DNA of 64,000 nucleotides from the NCBI GenBank assembly GCA_963828665.1, contig CAWHFL010000011.1, positions 156,550-220,549 of the forward strand. The letters are read 5' to 3'. This DNA comes from an uncultured beta proteobacterium (GTDB lineage: Bacteria; Pseudomonadota; Gammaproteobacteria; Burkholderiales; Casimicrobiaceae). The notes below the pieces were generated by a model. That model was not told the origin of the DNA. It did no database searches and saw only the letters and a list, made by a program, of their open reading frames with translations. A program made the translations under genes and the position numbers. Shown piece by piece: positions 35,674-44,571 of the stretch. The stretch's first letter is position 1; each line of letters begins with the position of its first letter.

Positions 35674-37044
35674 ATGCCATCGTCGCTCCAAATCGCGATT
35701 CTCGCCGCCGGACGTGGCAAGCGCATGCGCTCGGCGTTGCCCAAGGTGCTGCAGCCGCTCGGCGGCCGGCCGTTGCTCGCGCATGTGCTGTCGACTGCGC
35801 GCAAGCTCGAGCCTCGAGCGATCTGCGTCGTCGACGGCGGCGGCGAGGTGCGCGAGCGCTTCGCCGACGCCGACCTCACCTGGGCGCGGCAGGATCCGCC
35901 GCGCGGCACCGGCGATGGCTTGCGGTGTGCGCTGACAGGACTGGGCCCCGACGGCGTCACATTGGTGCTGTTCGGCGCCGATCCGCTGGCGCGGGTCGAG
36001 ACGCTGCGGCAGGTCGCCGAGCGGGCGCAGGAAGGCATTCTTTCGCTGCTGACCGTCGAGCTCGACGATCCGACCGGTTACGGGCGCATCGTGCGCGGCG
36101 TCGACGGCAAGGTCGCGGCGATTGTCGAGCACAAGGACGCGACGCCGGAACAGCGAGCGATCAGAGAGATCAATACCGGCATCATGGCGGCACCCACGGC
36201 CGCGTTCGCGCGCTGGCTGCCGAGGATCGACAACCGCAATGCCGGCGGCGAATACTATCTGACCGACGTGATCGCGATGGCCGTCGCCGACGGCGTGCCG
36301 GTCGAAACGACTCATCCGGCCAGCGCCGACGAGACGCTGGGCATCAACAGCAAGCGCGACCTGGCGCAGCTCGAGCGGATCTATCAGCGTGCGCAGGCCG
36401 ACGCGCTGCTCGACGCCGCAGTGACTCTGGCCGACCCGGCGCGGATCGATGTGCGCGGCACGCTGGCGTGCGGGAGCGACGTGACGATCGATGTCGGCTG
36501 CATCTTCGAAGGCGACGTCGTCCTTGGCGATGCGGTCAGCATCGGCGCGTACAGCATCCTCAGGGACGCCAGCGTCGGCGCGGCGACGGCGATTGCACCG
36601 TATTCGCATGTCGACGGCGCCGCCATCGGCGCGCGGTGCCGCATCGGGCCGTACGCACGCATCCGTCCCGGCACGAACCTCGCCGATGAGGTCCACATCG
36701 GCAACTTCGTCGAGGTGAAGGCGAGCAACCTCGGCGAGCGCAGCAAAGCGAACCACCTGGCCTACGTGGGCGATTCGACCGTCGGCCGCGACGTCAACAT
36801 CGGCGCGGGCACGATCACCTGCAACTACGATGGCGTGAACAAGCATCGCACGGTGATCGAGGACGACGTCCATATCGGGTCCGACACGCAACTGGTGGCC
36901 CCCGTGACGATCGGCCGCGGGGCTACGATAGGCGCCGGCACGACCGTATGGCGCGACGTCGAGCCTGGGGTTCTTGTTTTCAACCAGAAAACGCAGGCCA
37001 GCAAGGCCGATTATCAGCGGCCACGCAAAAAAATCAAGGAATAG
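35674..37044 (+). CDS. glmU: Bifunctional UDP-N-acetylglucosamine diphosphorylase / GlcN-1-P acetyltransferase
   Basis: [27 protein letters not shown] and C-terminal left-handed beta-helix hexapeptide repeats. 456 aa from ATG 35674. Confidence 0.95.
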   Translation: MPSSLQIAILAAGRGKRMRSALPKVLQPLGGRPLLAHVLSTARKLEPRAICVVDGGGEVRERFADADLTWARQDPPRGTGDGLRCALTGLGPDGVTLVLFGADPLARVETLRQVAERAQEGILSLLTVELDDPTGYGRIVRGVDGKVAAIVEHKDATPEQRAIREINTGIMAAPTAAFARWLPRIDNRNAGGEYYLTDVIAMAVADGVPVETTHPASADETLGINSKRDLAQLERIYQRAQADALLDAAVTLADPARIDVRGTLACGSDVTIDVGCIFEGDVVLGDAVSIGAYSILRDASVGAATAIAPYSHVDGAAIGARCRIGPYARIRPGTNLADEVHIGNFVEVKASNLGERSKANHLAYVGDSTVGRDVNIGAGTITCNYDGVNKHRTVIEDDVHIGSDTQLVAPVTIGRGATIGAGTTVWRDVEPGVLVFNQKTQASKADYQRPRKKIKE

Positions 37045-37048
37045 CGCC

Positions 37049-38863
37049 ATGTGCGGCATCGTCGGCGCGGTTGCGCGCGATAACGTCGTTCCGATTCTGA
37101 TCGAGGGCATCCGTCGGCTCGAATACCGGGGCTACGACTCGACGGGTCTTGCGGTCATCAACGGCGGCCTGCATCGATTGGTGAGTACCGCACGCGTGGC
37201 CGATCTCGCGGCGCAGGCGAAGGCGACGAAGATCTCCGGGAGCACGGGCATTTCGCATACGCGCTGGGCGACGCACGGCGCGCCGACGTCGGCCAACGCG
37301 CATCCGCACGTCAGCAGCGGCGAGATCGCGGTCGTGCACAACGGCATCATCGAGAACTTCGAGCCGCTGCGCGCGCGGTTGCAGCAGCAGGGATACGCAT
37401 TCGTCACCCAGACCGACACCGAGGTCATCGCGCATCTGATCCATGCGCATTACGACGGCGACCTGCTGGCCGCGGTGGCCAAGGCGGTCGCTGAGTTCCA
37501 CGGAGCCTACGCGATCGCCGCGATGACCACGCGTGAGCCGGGTCGCGTCGTCGGCGCGCGGGCCGGCAGCCCGCTGCTGGTCGGCCTCGGCGAGCACGAT
37601 CACTTCCTCGCCTCGGACGCGAGCGCGCTGGCGCCCGTCACCAGGCGCGTCGTTTATCTCGAGGAAGGCGACATCGCCGACATCGGACGCGAGGGATACG
37701 CGATCTATGACGCCGCCGGCGTGCGCGTCGCGCGCGAAGTGGTGACGGTCAAGACTTCGGGCGACGCGGTCGAGCTCGGTCCGTACAGCCATTTCATGCA
37801 AAAGGAAATCTTCGAGCAACCGCGCGCGATCGCCGACACCTTGGAAAGCGTCGGCGGCATCGGCCCCGAGCTGTTCGGGCCCGCGGCGGCCGAAATCTTC
37901 GCCGGCGTCAACGAGGTTCGCGTGCTGGCCTGCGGCACCAGCTACTACTCGGGCATGGTCGCGCGGCTATGGCTCGAGGCCGTCGCCGGCATTCCGGCGC
38001 ACGCCGAGATCGCCAGCGAATACCGCTATCGCGACAGCGTGCCCAATCCCGACGCGCTGGTCGTCGTCATTTCGCAGTCCGGCGAGACGGCGGACACCTT
38101 GTCGGCACTCAAACACGCCAAGGCGCTGGGCCATCGCAATACGCTGGCCATCTGCAACGCTCCGACGAGCTCGATGGTGCGCCAGACGGCGCTTACCTAC
38201 CTGACGCGCGCCGGCGTCGAGATCGGCGTCGCCTCGACCAAGGCGTTCACCACGCAATTAACCGCGTTGTTCCTGCTGACGCTGACGCTGGCCAAGCAGC
38301 GTGGAAGGCTCGACGCCGCGCAGGAAGCGCGCTGGTTGCAGGGCTTGCGCCACCTGCCGGCGGCGATCCAGGCAGTGCTGGCGCTCGAGCCCTCGATCAT
38401 TGCCTGGGCCGAACGCTTCGCCAAGAAGGAGAACGCACTCTTCCTCGGGCGTGGCCTACACTACCCGATCGCGCTGGAAGGCGCGCTTAAGCTCAAGGAA
38501 ATTTCGTACATCCACGGTGAGGCGTATCCGGCCGGCGAGTTGAAGCACGGGCCGCTCGCGCTGGTCGACGCCAACATGCCGGTCGTGGCGATCGCGCCCA
38601 ACGACGCGCTTCTGGAAAAGCTCAAGTCGAACCTGCAGGAAGTGCGCGCCCGCGGCGGCGAGCTCTACGTTATCGCCGACGCTGACAGCCAGATCTCGTC
38701 GAGCGAAGGCGTGCACGTGTTGCGCCTGCCCGAGCACGCCGGGCTGCTGTCGCCGATCGTGCACACGATCCCGCTGCAGCTCCTCGCCTACCACACCGCC
38801 GTGCTACGCGGCACCGACGTCGACAAGCCGCGGAACCTGGCGAAGTCGGTCACCGTGGAGTGA
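37049..38863 (+). CDS. glmS: Glutamine--fructose-6-phosphate aminotransferase
   Basis: MCGIVGAV (N-terminal nucleophile Cys), SIS domains, and C-terminal [13 protein letters not shown]. Confidence 0.97.
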   Translation: MCGIVGAVARDNVVPILIEGIRRLEYRGYDSTGLAVINGGLHRLVSTARVADLAAQAKATKISGSTGISHTRWATHGAPTSANAHPHVSSGEIAVVHNGIIENFEPLRARLQQQGYAFVTQTDTEVIAHLIHAHYDGDLLAAVAKAVAEFHGAYAIAAMTTREPGRVVGARAGSPLLVGLGEHDHFLASDASALAPVTRRVVYLEEGDIADIGREGYAIYDAAGVRVAREVVTVKTSGDAVELGPYSHFMQKEIFEQPRAIADTLESVGGIGPELFGPAAAEIFAGVNEVRVLACGTSYYSGMVARLWLEAVAGIPAHAEIASEYRYRDSVPNPDALVVVISQSGETADTLSALKHAKALGHRNTLAICNAPTSSMVRQTALTYLTRAGVEIGVASTKAFTTQLTALFLLTLTLAKQRGRLDAAQEARWLQGLRHLPAAIQAVLALEPSIIAWAERFAKKENALFLGRGLHYPIALEGALKLKEISYIHGEAYPAGELKHGPLALVDANMPVVAIAPNDALLEKLKSNLQEVRARGGELYVIADADSQISSSEGVHVLRLPEHAGLLSPIVHTIPLQLLAYHTAVLRGTDVDKPRNLAKSVTVE

Positions 38864-38961
38864 TCCAACGCCGTACCGCGGCTTGCGGTACAGGCTGCCT
38901 GAGCGAAGCGAACGGGTGCCCACGAGATGCTGGCTCGCGACCGTTCGCGATCGGCGCGCGC

Positions 38962-41259
38962 CTAGTAGTCCAGCCACTCCATCGGCGAGACCAGCGCGGA
39001 GCCTTTGATGGTCTCCAGCGTCTGCGTCAGCACGTCGATATTGTTGTCGAATGAGCCGTGCGTCGCCTGGATGGTGGCTCCCGTCTTCGTCGTGCGCACG
39101 TCGGGTGTGGTGACTGGAAACCCTCGCTGCGAGGCGCCGGTCGTTCCAGGCTTCCACTCCTGCCGCCACGCCGTCATCGACGCGACCTGCTCGTCGGCCC
39201 ATTGCTTCGGATCGAAGGCATTCGGCGTGATCGCGTTCTGCAAGCCCAGAATCGGCATTTTTCTCGAATCGTCCAGCGCGCGCGACACGAGATAAAGCAG
39301 CGACTTCCCGTAGAGCTGGACTTCGGGGGAAGGCAGGCCGTCAGCCTTCTCATTCGAGTCGCTCAGATAATGGAGCCGGAGGTCCTCGAGATTGAACAGC
39401 GACGTCGTTGCGACTTTGCCGTACGTCCCTACCGCGAACTGGACCGAGCACGCCGCGGCGTAGAGCGTGCACGAGCTGACCGTTGGCGCGTTTGGCCGCA
39501 GATCGTCCTTGGCCAGCCGGTCCAGCAGCCAACCTAGCAGGATCGATCCCGCCGAGTGCCCGACCAGATGGACTTCGATCGCGCGCCCGTCGGTGCGCAA
39601 GGCATCGCGCAACGCGATGAGCTTCTTGGCGAGCAGGTCGAGCGCGCGGCCACTCGACTCCGAAGCTGCCGCGTTGTCGCGCATCTCCGTCCACATGCCG
39701 CGGAACATCAGGTGGCTGGTCGCCTCGACCAGACGGTCGGCGCCTTCGCGCACCTCATCGGCGACGCCACCTGCCGGGAGCGGTCCGATTTCCGGCTGGC
39801 CCTTGAAGTAATCCTGGAATATGTCGAGCAGCGTTTCGACCGGCCCCGTCTTCCACGTCATGAACAAGGGATAGATGCCGTTGGCCGCGGCGTAGGGCGC
39901 CAGAACGCGGATGCGGCGAATCGATTCGTCCTCGCCATTCAATCCGCCGTGAGCATAGATCATCACCTTGGCAGGCTTGCCGGCGGGTTGCGTCGCGAAC
40001 CACCGCCGGGGCGTGTCGACGACGATCTTGGTTGCGTAAGGCTCGGGATCGATACCGACGCCGAAAGTCACATCCGATACCGTCAGCGCGCCGTCGTTGC
40101 CGCTGACCAGCGTATGCGCGTAGGCATCCGCGGTGCTCCACGGCTGATAGGCAGCATAGTCGTACAGATGGTCGATCGGCCACGGATCGTCGCTCGGGTT
40201 GGCGGGGTTCTTCGGTGTCTTCGCCTGCGTTCCAAGCGATTGGCCGGCCGACACGCGAAACCGCGACAGCGCCACGCGCGCATCCGACACCTCGACCGGG
40301 ACACCGAGCGCACACACCCAGGCATCGGTGCCGTGCTCGACCCAGTCTTCGTACGGCAGGACGCCGAAACCGCGCGCACCCCATAGCTCGCCCCACGAGT
40401 TCTGGACGACAAAGCCGATGGCGTTATAGCCGACCAGCGCGAAGGCGTGCCCGCCCCACGACTTGGGATCCTTCGCCGTTCCGATGATGGGCAGCGACTC
40501 GTGCGATTGAGGCAGTGGTCGCTTTTTCGTTGCGAGCAGGCGGTCCCAGCCGTCGTGCACGTTCGCCGAGACGAAGACGGCGCCGACGTCGTTGAGCGCT
40601 GCCTGCAGATCGACGACCGACGCCTTGTCGACCCGGTAGTAGACGCCGAGCGGCCGGTTCGCGGCGTCGCGTTCCCATCCCCGCTTCGGCGACTGGAAAA
40701 TCGGCTTGCCTGTGCGGTCGAGCGCATAAGGCCATATCGGCTCAGTACAGACGCCGTGCTTGTTCCAGCCCTTGAGCGCGCCGCGGCAACTCGAACCCTC
40801 GTAGTCGACGCCGGGCCATTCGTCGTAGCGTCGCGCGAGCTCGTAGAACATCCGCGGGCTGACCGACACGAACGATTCCCTGGACCTGGACTCGACGTGA
40901 CGAACCCAGCGCAGGTAGTTGGCCACGCAGGTCAGGCCGAAACCCGTGCATGCGCCCTCGGTACCCTGGTCGCGGACCAGGCCGGCCTGAATGTAGCCTT
41001 TCAGATTCTGCGCGATGACGGCATCGGACGGCCAGCGCGGCGCGAGCGAACGCAACGGGGGACGATAGGGAAGGTCGCGAAAATCCAAGCGGTCCGGTCG
41101 CGCGTCGAGCACGCGACCGCTGAATCGGATCGCCGCGGCGTCACGCGAGGTTCGAGTCGCGACTTCGTCGGAGCGGGACCGCTGAGCTGACCGGCGCTCC
41201 TTCGCCCGCGGTCCGCGCTTCGCGGCGACTCCGGCCTTGTGGGTCTTGGTGTCCGCCAT
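38962..41259 (-). CDS. Two-domain hydrolase: papain-like C1 cysteine peptidase fused to an alpha/beta hydrolase
   Basis: 765 aa from ATG 41259 (GGGAGA Shine-Dalgarno). C1 triad motifs are RDQGTEGACTGFG (Cys104), GGHAFALVGYN (His271) and VQNSWGELWG (Asn287). The C-terminal half has VMIYAHGGLNG and the nucleophile elbow LVGHSAGS (Ser569). The N-terminal 40 aa is Lys/Arg/Ala-rich. No signal peptide. Confidence 0.75.
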   Translation of the reverse strand: MADTKTHKAGVAAKRGPRAKERRSAQRSRSDEVATRTSRDAAAIRFSGRVLDARPDRLDFRDLPYRPPLRSLAPRWPSDAVIAQNLKGYIQAGLVRDQGTEGACTGFGLTCVANYLRWVRHVESRSRESFVSVSPRMFYELARRYDEWPGVDYEGSSCRGALKGWNKHGVCTEPIWPYALDRTGKPIFQSPKRGWERDAANRPLGVYYRVDKASVVDLQAALNDVGAVFVSANVHDGWDRLLATKKRPLPQSHESLPIIGTAKDPKSWGGHAFALVGYNAIGFVVQNSWGELWGARGFGVLPYEDWVEHGTDAWVCALGVPVEVSDARVALSRFRVSAGQSLGTQAKTPKNPANPSDDPWPIDHLYDYAAYQPWSTADAYAHTLVSGNDGALTVSDVTFGVGIDPEPYATKIVVDTPRRWFATQPAGKPAKVMIYAHGGLNGEDESIRRIRVLAPYAAANGIYPLFMTWKTGPVETLLDIFQDYFKGQPEIGPLPAGGVADEVREGADRLVEATSHLMFRGMWTEMRDNAAASESSGRALDLLAKKLIALRDALRTDGRAIEVHLVGHSAGSILLGWLLDRLAKDDLRPNAPTVSSCTLYAAACSVQFAVGTYGKVATTSLFNLEDLRLHYLSDSNEKADGLPSPEVQLYGKSLLYLVSRALDDSRKMPILGLQNAITPNAFDPKQWADEQVASMTAWRQEWKPGTTGASQRGFPVTTPDVRTTKTGATIQATHGSFDNNIDVLTQTLETIKGSALVSPMEWLDY

Positions 41260-41379
41260 GAGGGTCTCCCTATGCTGCGCTAAGGACTGCGGCAACCGCC
41301 CGATTAGTGAACTACAACCCGATGGAGGACGCAAGAGAGGATGCCCTCCTGCCGAGCTGATTTTGGGTGTCCGGCGGGC

Positions 41380-41391
41380 GTGAATATTCAC
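41380..41391. repeat. Perfect 12-bp palindrome GTGAATATTCAC in the divergent island promoter region
   Basis: Read directly from the sequence. It is AT-rich relative to its surroundings and lies between the peptidase gene (start 41259) and the 2-TM gene (start 41584). Confidence 0.8.
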
Positions 41392-41583
41392 CTTGCGCTG
41401 GCGACTCGCCGGCATTATTGTCACCTACAACGCGTCGCGGGACGAAGGGGCGGGAAGTTTGCTTCGGCGCGTTTACGACCCGCCTTAATGCGAGTCCGGC
41501 GCGGCACGGGTCAACCGTTCGATCGCTGTTCAGATGCGGCGCGCAGGCACCCGAGCGCTGCGCGTCGACGGGAGGATCACAGC

Positions 41584-42186
41584 GTGGGCACTTTCGATTT
41601 CGTCGTCGTACTCGCCGGCTTGTGCGGACTCCTCATGGTTCTCGGAGGACTGCTGCTCTTCTACAAAGGGATCATCACTTTGCAGCAGGTCAGCGACAAG
41701 CCGGACGCCGTGACCTTCGAGTTTCAGCGCGTGCTGAAGATCCAGTCACGGTATCCCGCTTACGGGTTCTTCATCTTCGGGCTTGCATTCATTACGCTGG
41801 CCGCGTTCTATGGACGCCCCGACCCGCAGCCTACGATCACGCTGTCCGGGTCGGTCGAAAATGTCGTCGATCCCCAAGCGGCACGCGTCGTGGTTCAGTT
41901 GCCCCTTTGGGATACGAACCTCAATGTCGACGGGCGAGTGCGGAGGGACCTGCATCCGGATCTGAAACAGGTTCATATCGAGATCCGGTCGCCCGGCAAC
42001 GATCCTCCGATCTATACGACCGATGTCGACATCTCGGGGCAAGGGCGTGAGCTCACCGCTCAATTTGCGCCGGTAAAGCTCAAGAGGGTCGGGGCCCAGC
42101 CGCCGGCGGGAACCATCGAAAGCGTCCCCGCCGACGTCAAGCTGGCGTCTCCGGACACATCGACCGGATTCAAGGAAATGCCATGA
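41584..42186 (+). CDS. Hypothetical 2-TM membrane protein with a beta-rich C-terminal domain
   Basis: GTG 41584 is preceded by GGGAGGA. VGTFDFVVVLAGLCGLLMVLGGLLLFY and YGFFIFGLAFITLAAFY are hydrophobic helices. The 281-aa track ORF was trimmed. Confidence 0.55.
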   Translation: MGTFDFVVVLAGLCGLLMVLGGLLLFYKGIITLQQVSDKPDAVTFEFQRVLKIQSRYPAYGFFIFGLAFITLAAFYGRPDPQPTITLSGSVENVVDPQAARVVVQLPLWDTNLNVDGRVRRDLHPDLKQVHIEIRSPGNDPPIYTTDVDISGQGRELTAQFAPVKLKRVGAQPPAGTIESVPADVKLASPDTSTGFKEMP

Positions 42187-42518
42187 AGAAACTGGCTGAC
42201 GTACTGATCGCGTCACTCGCGCTTACCTTGGCGGTTGCGTTCCTGCCGATGGGAACGGCCGCCGCGAGCACCGTACAGGGCAGAGTCGCCTACCAGAATG
42301 GAACACCGATTCCGGGCATCACTGTCTATCTCGTGCATCCCAGCGCGGGACGCAGCGCCCCGGTGACCACTGATTCGGATGGCCGATTTCTGATATCCAG
42401 CGTGCCGCCGCAGCAGACGCCGTTTTACGTCGAGGTCTACTGGGGCCGTACGCTGAAGTACCGCAAGGCCCTCAGTGTGACGGCGCCTCGCGTCGCCGTT
42501 CCGGACATTCTGCTCTAG
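42183..42518 (+). CDS. Exported carboxypeptidase-regulatory-like (CarboxypepD_reg) beta-sandwich protein
   Basis: Signal peptide MKKLADVLIASLALTLAVAFLPMGTAAA, then GRVAYQNGTPIPGITVYL...TTDSDGRFLISSVPP...YVEVY. Shows ATGA overlap with the upstream gene and an AAGGAAA Shine-Dalgarno. Confidence 0.6.
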   Translation: MKKLADVLIASLALTLAVAFLPMGTAAASTVQGRVAYQNGTPIPGITVYLVHPSAGRSAPVTTDSDGRFLISSVPPQQTPFYVEVYWGRTLKYRKALSVTAPRVAVPDILL

Positions 42519-42618
42519 CGAGCGAGCCCGGTGCAGGCCGTCGCGATCCGAGACGGCTAACGCACGCGGCCCCGCCTTTCCCAGGGTACCCGGAACGTAA
42601 CGCAAGGAGCCTTTCGCC

Positions 42619-44094
42619 ATGGTCGAGAAAACGACTGCCCCGAAGCGCACCGCACGGCGTGCGAGCAAACGCGCGTCTCCCGCCACGGTGCTGGTATGGC
42701 AAGACGATCCGATGTCCGGCATGCCCGCGATTTCGCGTCCGGTTCCCAAGCTCGCGAAGCCACCGCTCAAGTACAAATTCAAGGGCGCCACGGTCAAGCC
42801 GGGCGTCTACGCGCAGGGCACGCCGCAATTCCGTTATTGGACTGCCGCCGAGGCCCTGCGACGCGGCGGCGACTTCTGGGCGCCGCTGCTCGGCGTCAAG
42901 CACTGGCAACCTGGCGCGGTTCTTCCGGTAAGCCTCGATAAGGGGGTCGACCTCAACGCCTATTACGATCGCTCCGAGCTCGCTTTCTTCCATGAGGCGG
43001 TGGGCGGGAAGACGATCTACTCCGGCGAGAGTCCAGACGTCGTGTGTCACGAAATGGGACACGCGTGTCTCGACGCCCACCGGCCGGAGCTGTTCGACGC
43101 GCCTTTCATCGAGGCCGGCGCATTTCACGAATCCTTCGGCGACATGAGCGCGATTCTCTCGGCGCTGCAATTGCCAAGCGTCCGGCAGTCGGTGCTGGGC
43201 GCCGTGAAGAGCTACAAGGCCTCCTTTGTTTCCCGCTGCGCCGAGCAACTCGGCTGGGCGATTCGTCAGGTCGCCGCACCCGCGGTCGATCCGGACTGTC
43301 TTCGCAACGCCTACAACGCGTTCAAGTACGTCGACCCGCAAACCTTGCCGGACGACGCTCCAGCCACCAAATTGTGCGCGGAGGTTCATTCGTTTTCGCG
43401 CATATTCACCGGAGCGTTTTACGAAATACTGTCCGGCATGCTGAAGATCCGGTCCGGCAAGCCGGCGCAGGCAGACCTCGCGGCGGTCGCCGGTGATTTT
43501 GCTCAGCTCCTGATGGATGCCACGGCGGCCGCGCCGGTGCAACCCAATTATTTTTCGCAAGTCGCGGCGCACATCATCGACGCCGACACCGCCCGCTTTT
43601 CGGGCAAGTATCGCGCGGCGCTGATCAAGACTTTTGTCGGTCGCCTCATCGTGCCCGAAACCGCAGTGCACGCGCTTGCTGCATCCAAGCGCGCGCCCGC
43701 AAAGCGCGCGGTTCGGACGGCAGCCTTAGCGGAAAGAGCGGCGAAGCCGCAGTCGCACAAGATCGCGATGAATACCAAGGAATTCGGCTTGCCGAACAAA
43801 CCGTTCGTGGTCATCGCGCCGCTCGACCAGAAACCCTTCCTGCTGGCGGCGGCGGGATTGGCGAACCGGCAAGCCGGGCCGGACGTCGTGCAGCAGGCCA
43901 CGCATCGCTTCGTGAAAATGCTTTTTGCCCACGACCGGGTCGATACCGCACCGGCAGCGAAAAAACTGTCGGTGACGGCCAGCACGCCGAGAGACAAGCT
44001 CCGCAAGACCCACGTCCTGATCCCATCGAAGGACGGACTGAAGCTCACGCGCCGCTTGTTCCACTGTGGATGCGAGGTCGAGCGGAGGCCCTGA
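42619..44094 (+). CDS. Thermolysin-like (M4-type gluzincin) metallopeptidase homolog lacking signal peptide and propeptide
   Basis: NAYYDRSELAFFHEAVGG...DVVCHEMGHACLD...GAFHESFGD parallels thermolysin NAFWNGSEMVYGDG...DVVAHELTHAVTD...GAINEAISD. HEMGH is at 43048-43062. AAGGAG lies 9 nt upstream of the ATG. The N-terminus is basic. Confidence 0.7.
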   Translation: MVEKTTAPKRTARRASKRASPATVLVWQDDPMSGMPAISRPVPKLAKPPLKYKFKGATVKPGVYAQGTPQFRYWTAAEALRRGGDFWAPLLGVKHWQPGAVLPVSLDKGVDLNAYYDRSELAFFHEAVGGKTIYSGESPDVVCHEMGHACLDAHRPELFDAPFIEAGAFHESFGDMSAILSALQLPSVRQSVLGAVKSYKASFVSRCAEQLGWAIRQVAAPAVDPDCLRNAYNAFKYVDPQTLPDDAPATKLCAEVHSFSRIFTGAFYEILSGMLKIRSGKPAQADLAAVAGDFAQLLMDATAAAPVQPNYFSQVAAHIIDADTARFSGKYRAALIKTFVGRLIVPETAVHALAASKRAPAKRAVRTAALAERAAKPQSHKIAMNTKEFGLPNKPFVVIAPLDQKPFLLAAAGLANRQAGPDVVQQATHRFVKMLFAHDRVDTAPAAKKLSVTASTPRDKLRKTHVLIPSKDGLKLTRRLFHCGCEVERRP

Positions 44095-44255
44095 AGGCAT
44101 CCGGGACGGCGCCCCTCGCGCTAATGTTGCCCGCGGGCCACTGCGGCGGCCGCGTTGGCAGTCTTCCGCATGGCTTGCGCAGTTCGTCCGAATGACGGCT
44201 CGCCAAGCGCCACGCGCGGGATTAACATTCGTCTTTGCTTTGGGTGAACATCGAG

Positions 44256-44549
44256 ATGGCAACGACGGCGCGCAAAAATCCCTCCGCAAAATCGACGCGC
44301 GCGGGTTCCGCCAAGACCCCTGTGCGCCGGACCAAGCCGGTTGAAACGTCAACGGTGGCTTCGCGTCTGCCGGCAGTTGGCTGGACGCAGCGCGAGGCTG
44401 CGCAGCAAAAATTCGAAAAGGGCATCCTCGCCCGGCGCGAGGCAATCGAAGCCGGCAAGCCGCTTCCTGCGGGAGCCACGCATGAGATCGTAGGGCGCCG
44501 CCCCGACGGCGCGCCGCTGCTCAAGCGGAAGCGATTCTCGGCAAGATAG
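44256..44549 (+). CDS. Hypothetical small basic protein
   Basis: MATTARKNPSAKSTRAGSAKTPVRRTKPVE...LLKRKRFSAR. Start ambiguous (TTG 44235, GTG 44244 or ATG 44256), RBS weak, and no family recognised. Confidence 0.35.
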   Translation: MATTARKNPSAKSTRAGSAKTPVRRTKPVETSTVASRLPAVGWTQREAAQQKFEKGILARREAIEAGKPLPAGATHEIVGRRPDGAPLLKRKRFSAR

Positions 44550-44555
44550 GCAGGG

Positions 44556-44571
44556 GACCGTGGCCACGGTC
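44556..44571. repeat. Perfect 16-bp palindrome GACCGTGGCCACGGTC (hairpin or possible terminator) at the right edge of the island
   Basis: Begins 7 nt after the TAG of the small basic ORF. The flanking G/C extend the stem. No T-run follows. Confidence 0.5.

Noticed and set aside
35494-37110. 538-aa minus-strand ORF
   Set aside because: It is antisense to glmU, whose identity is certain, and it has no recognisable motifs.
38864-38961. Tn7-type insertion at attTn7 downstream of glmS
   Set aside because: The position fits the hotspot. However, I see no tnsABCDE genes, no integrase, no Tn7-like terminal repeats and no target duplication in the island or its borders, so mobility is unsupported.
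41140-41259. Basic N-terminal leaders of the island proteins as Tat or Sec signal peptides
   Set aside because: There is no twin-arginine S/T-R-R-x-F-L-K context, and no hydrophobic h-region follows the basic stretch in any of the three proteins.
41380-41391. GTGAATATTCAC as an FNR/CRP-family site
   Set aside because: FNR (TTGAT-N4-ATCAA) and CRP (TGTGA-N6-TCACA) half-site spacings do not fit a TGA-N4-TCA core. No specific regulator family is assigned.
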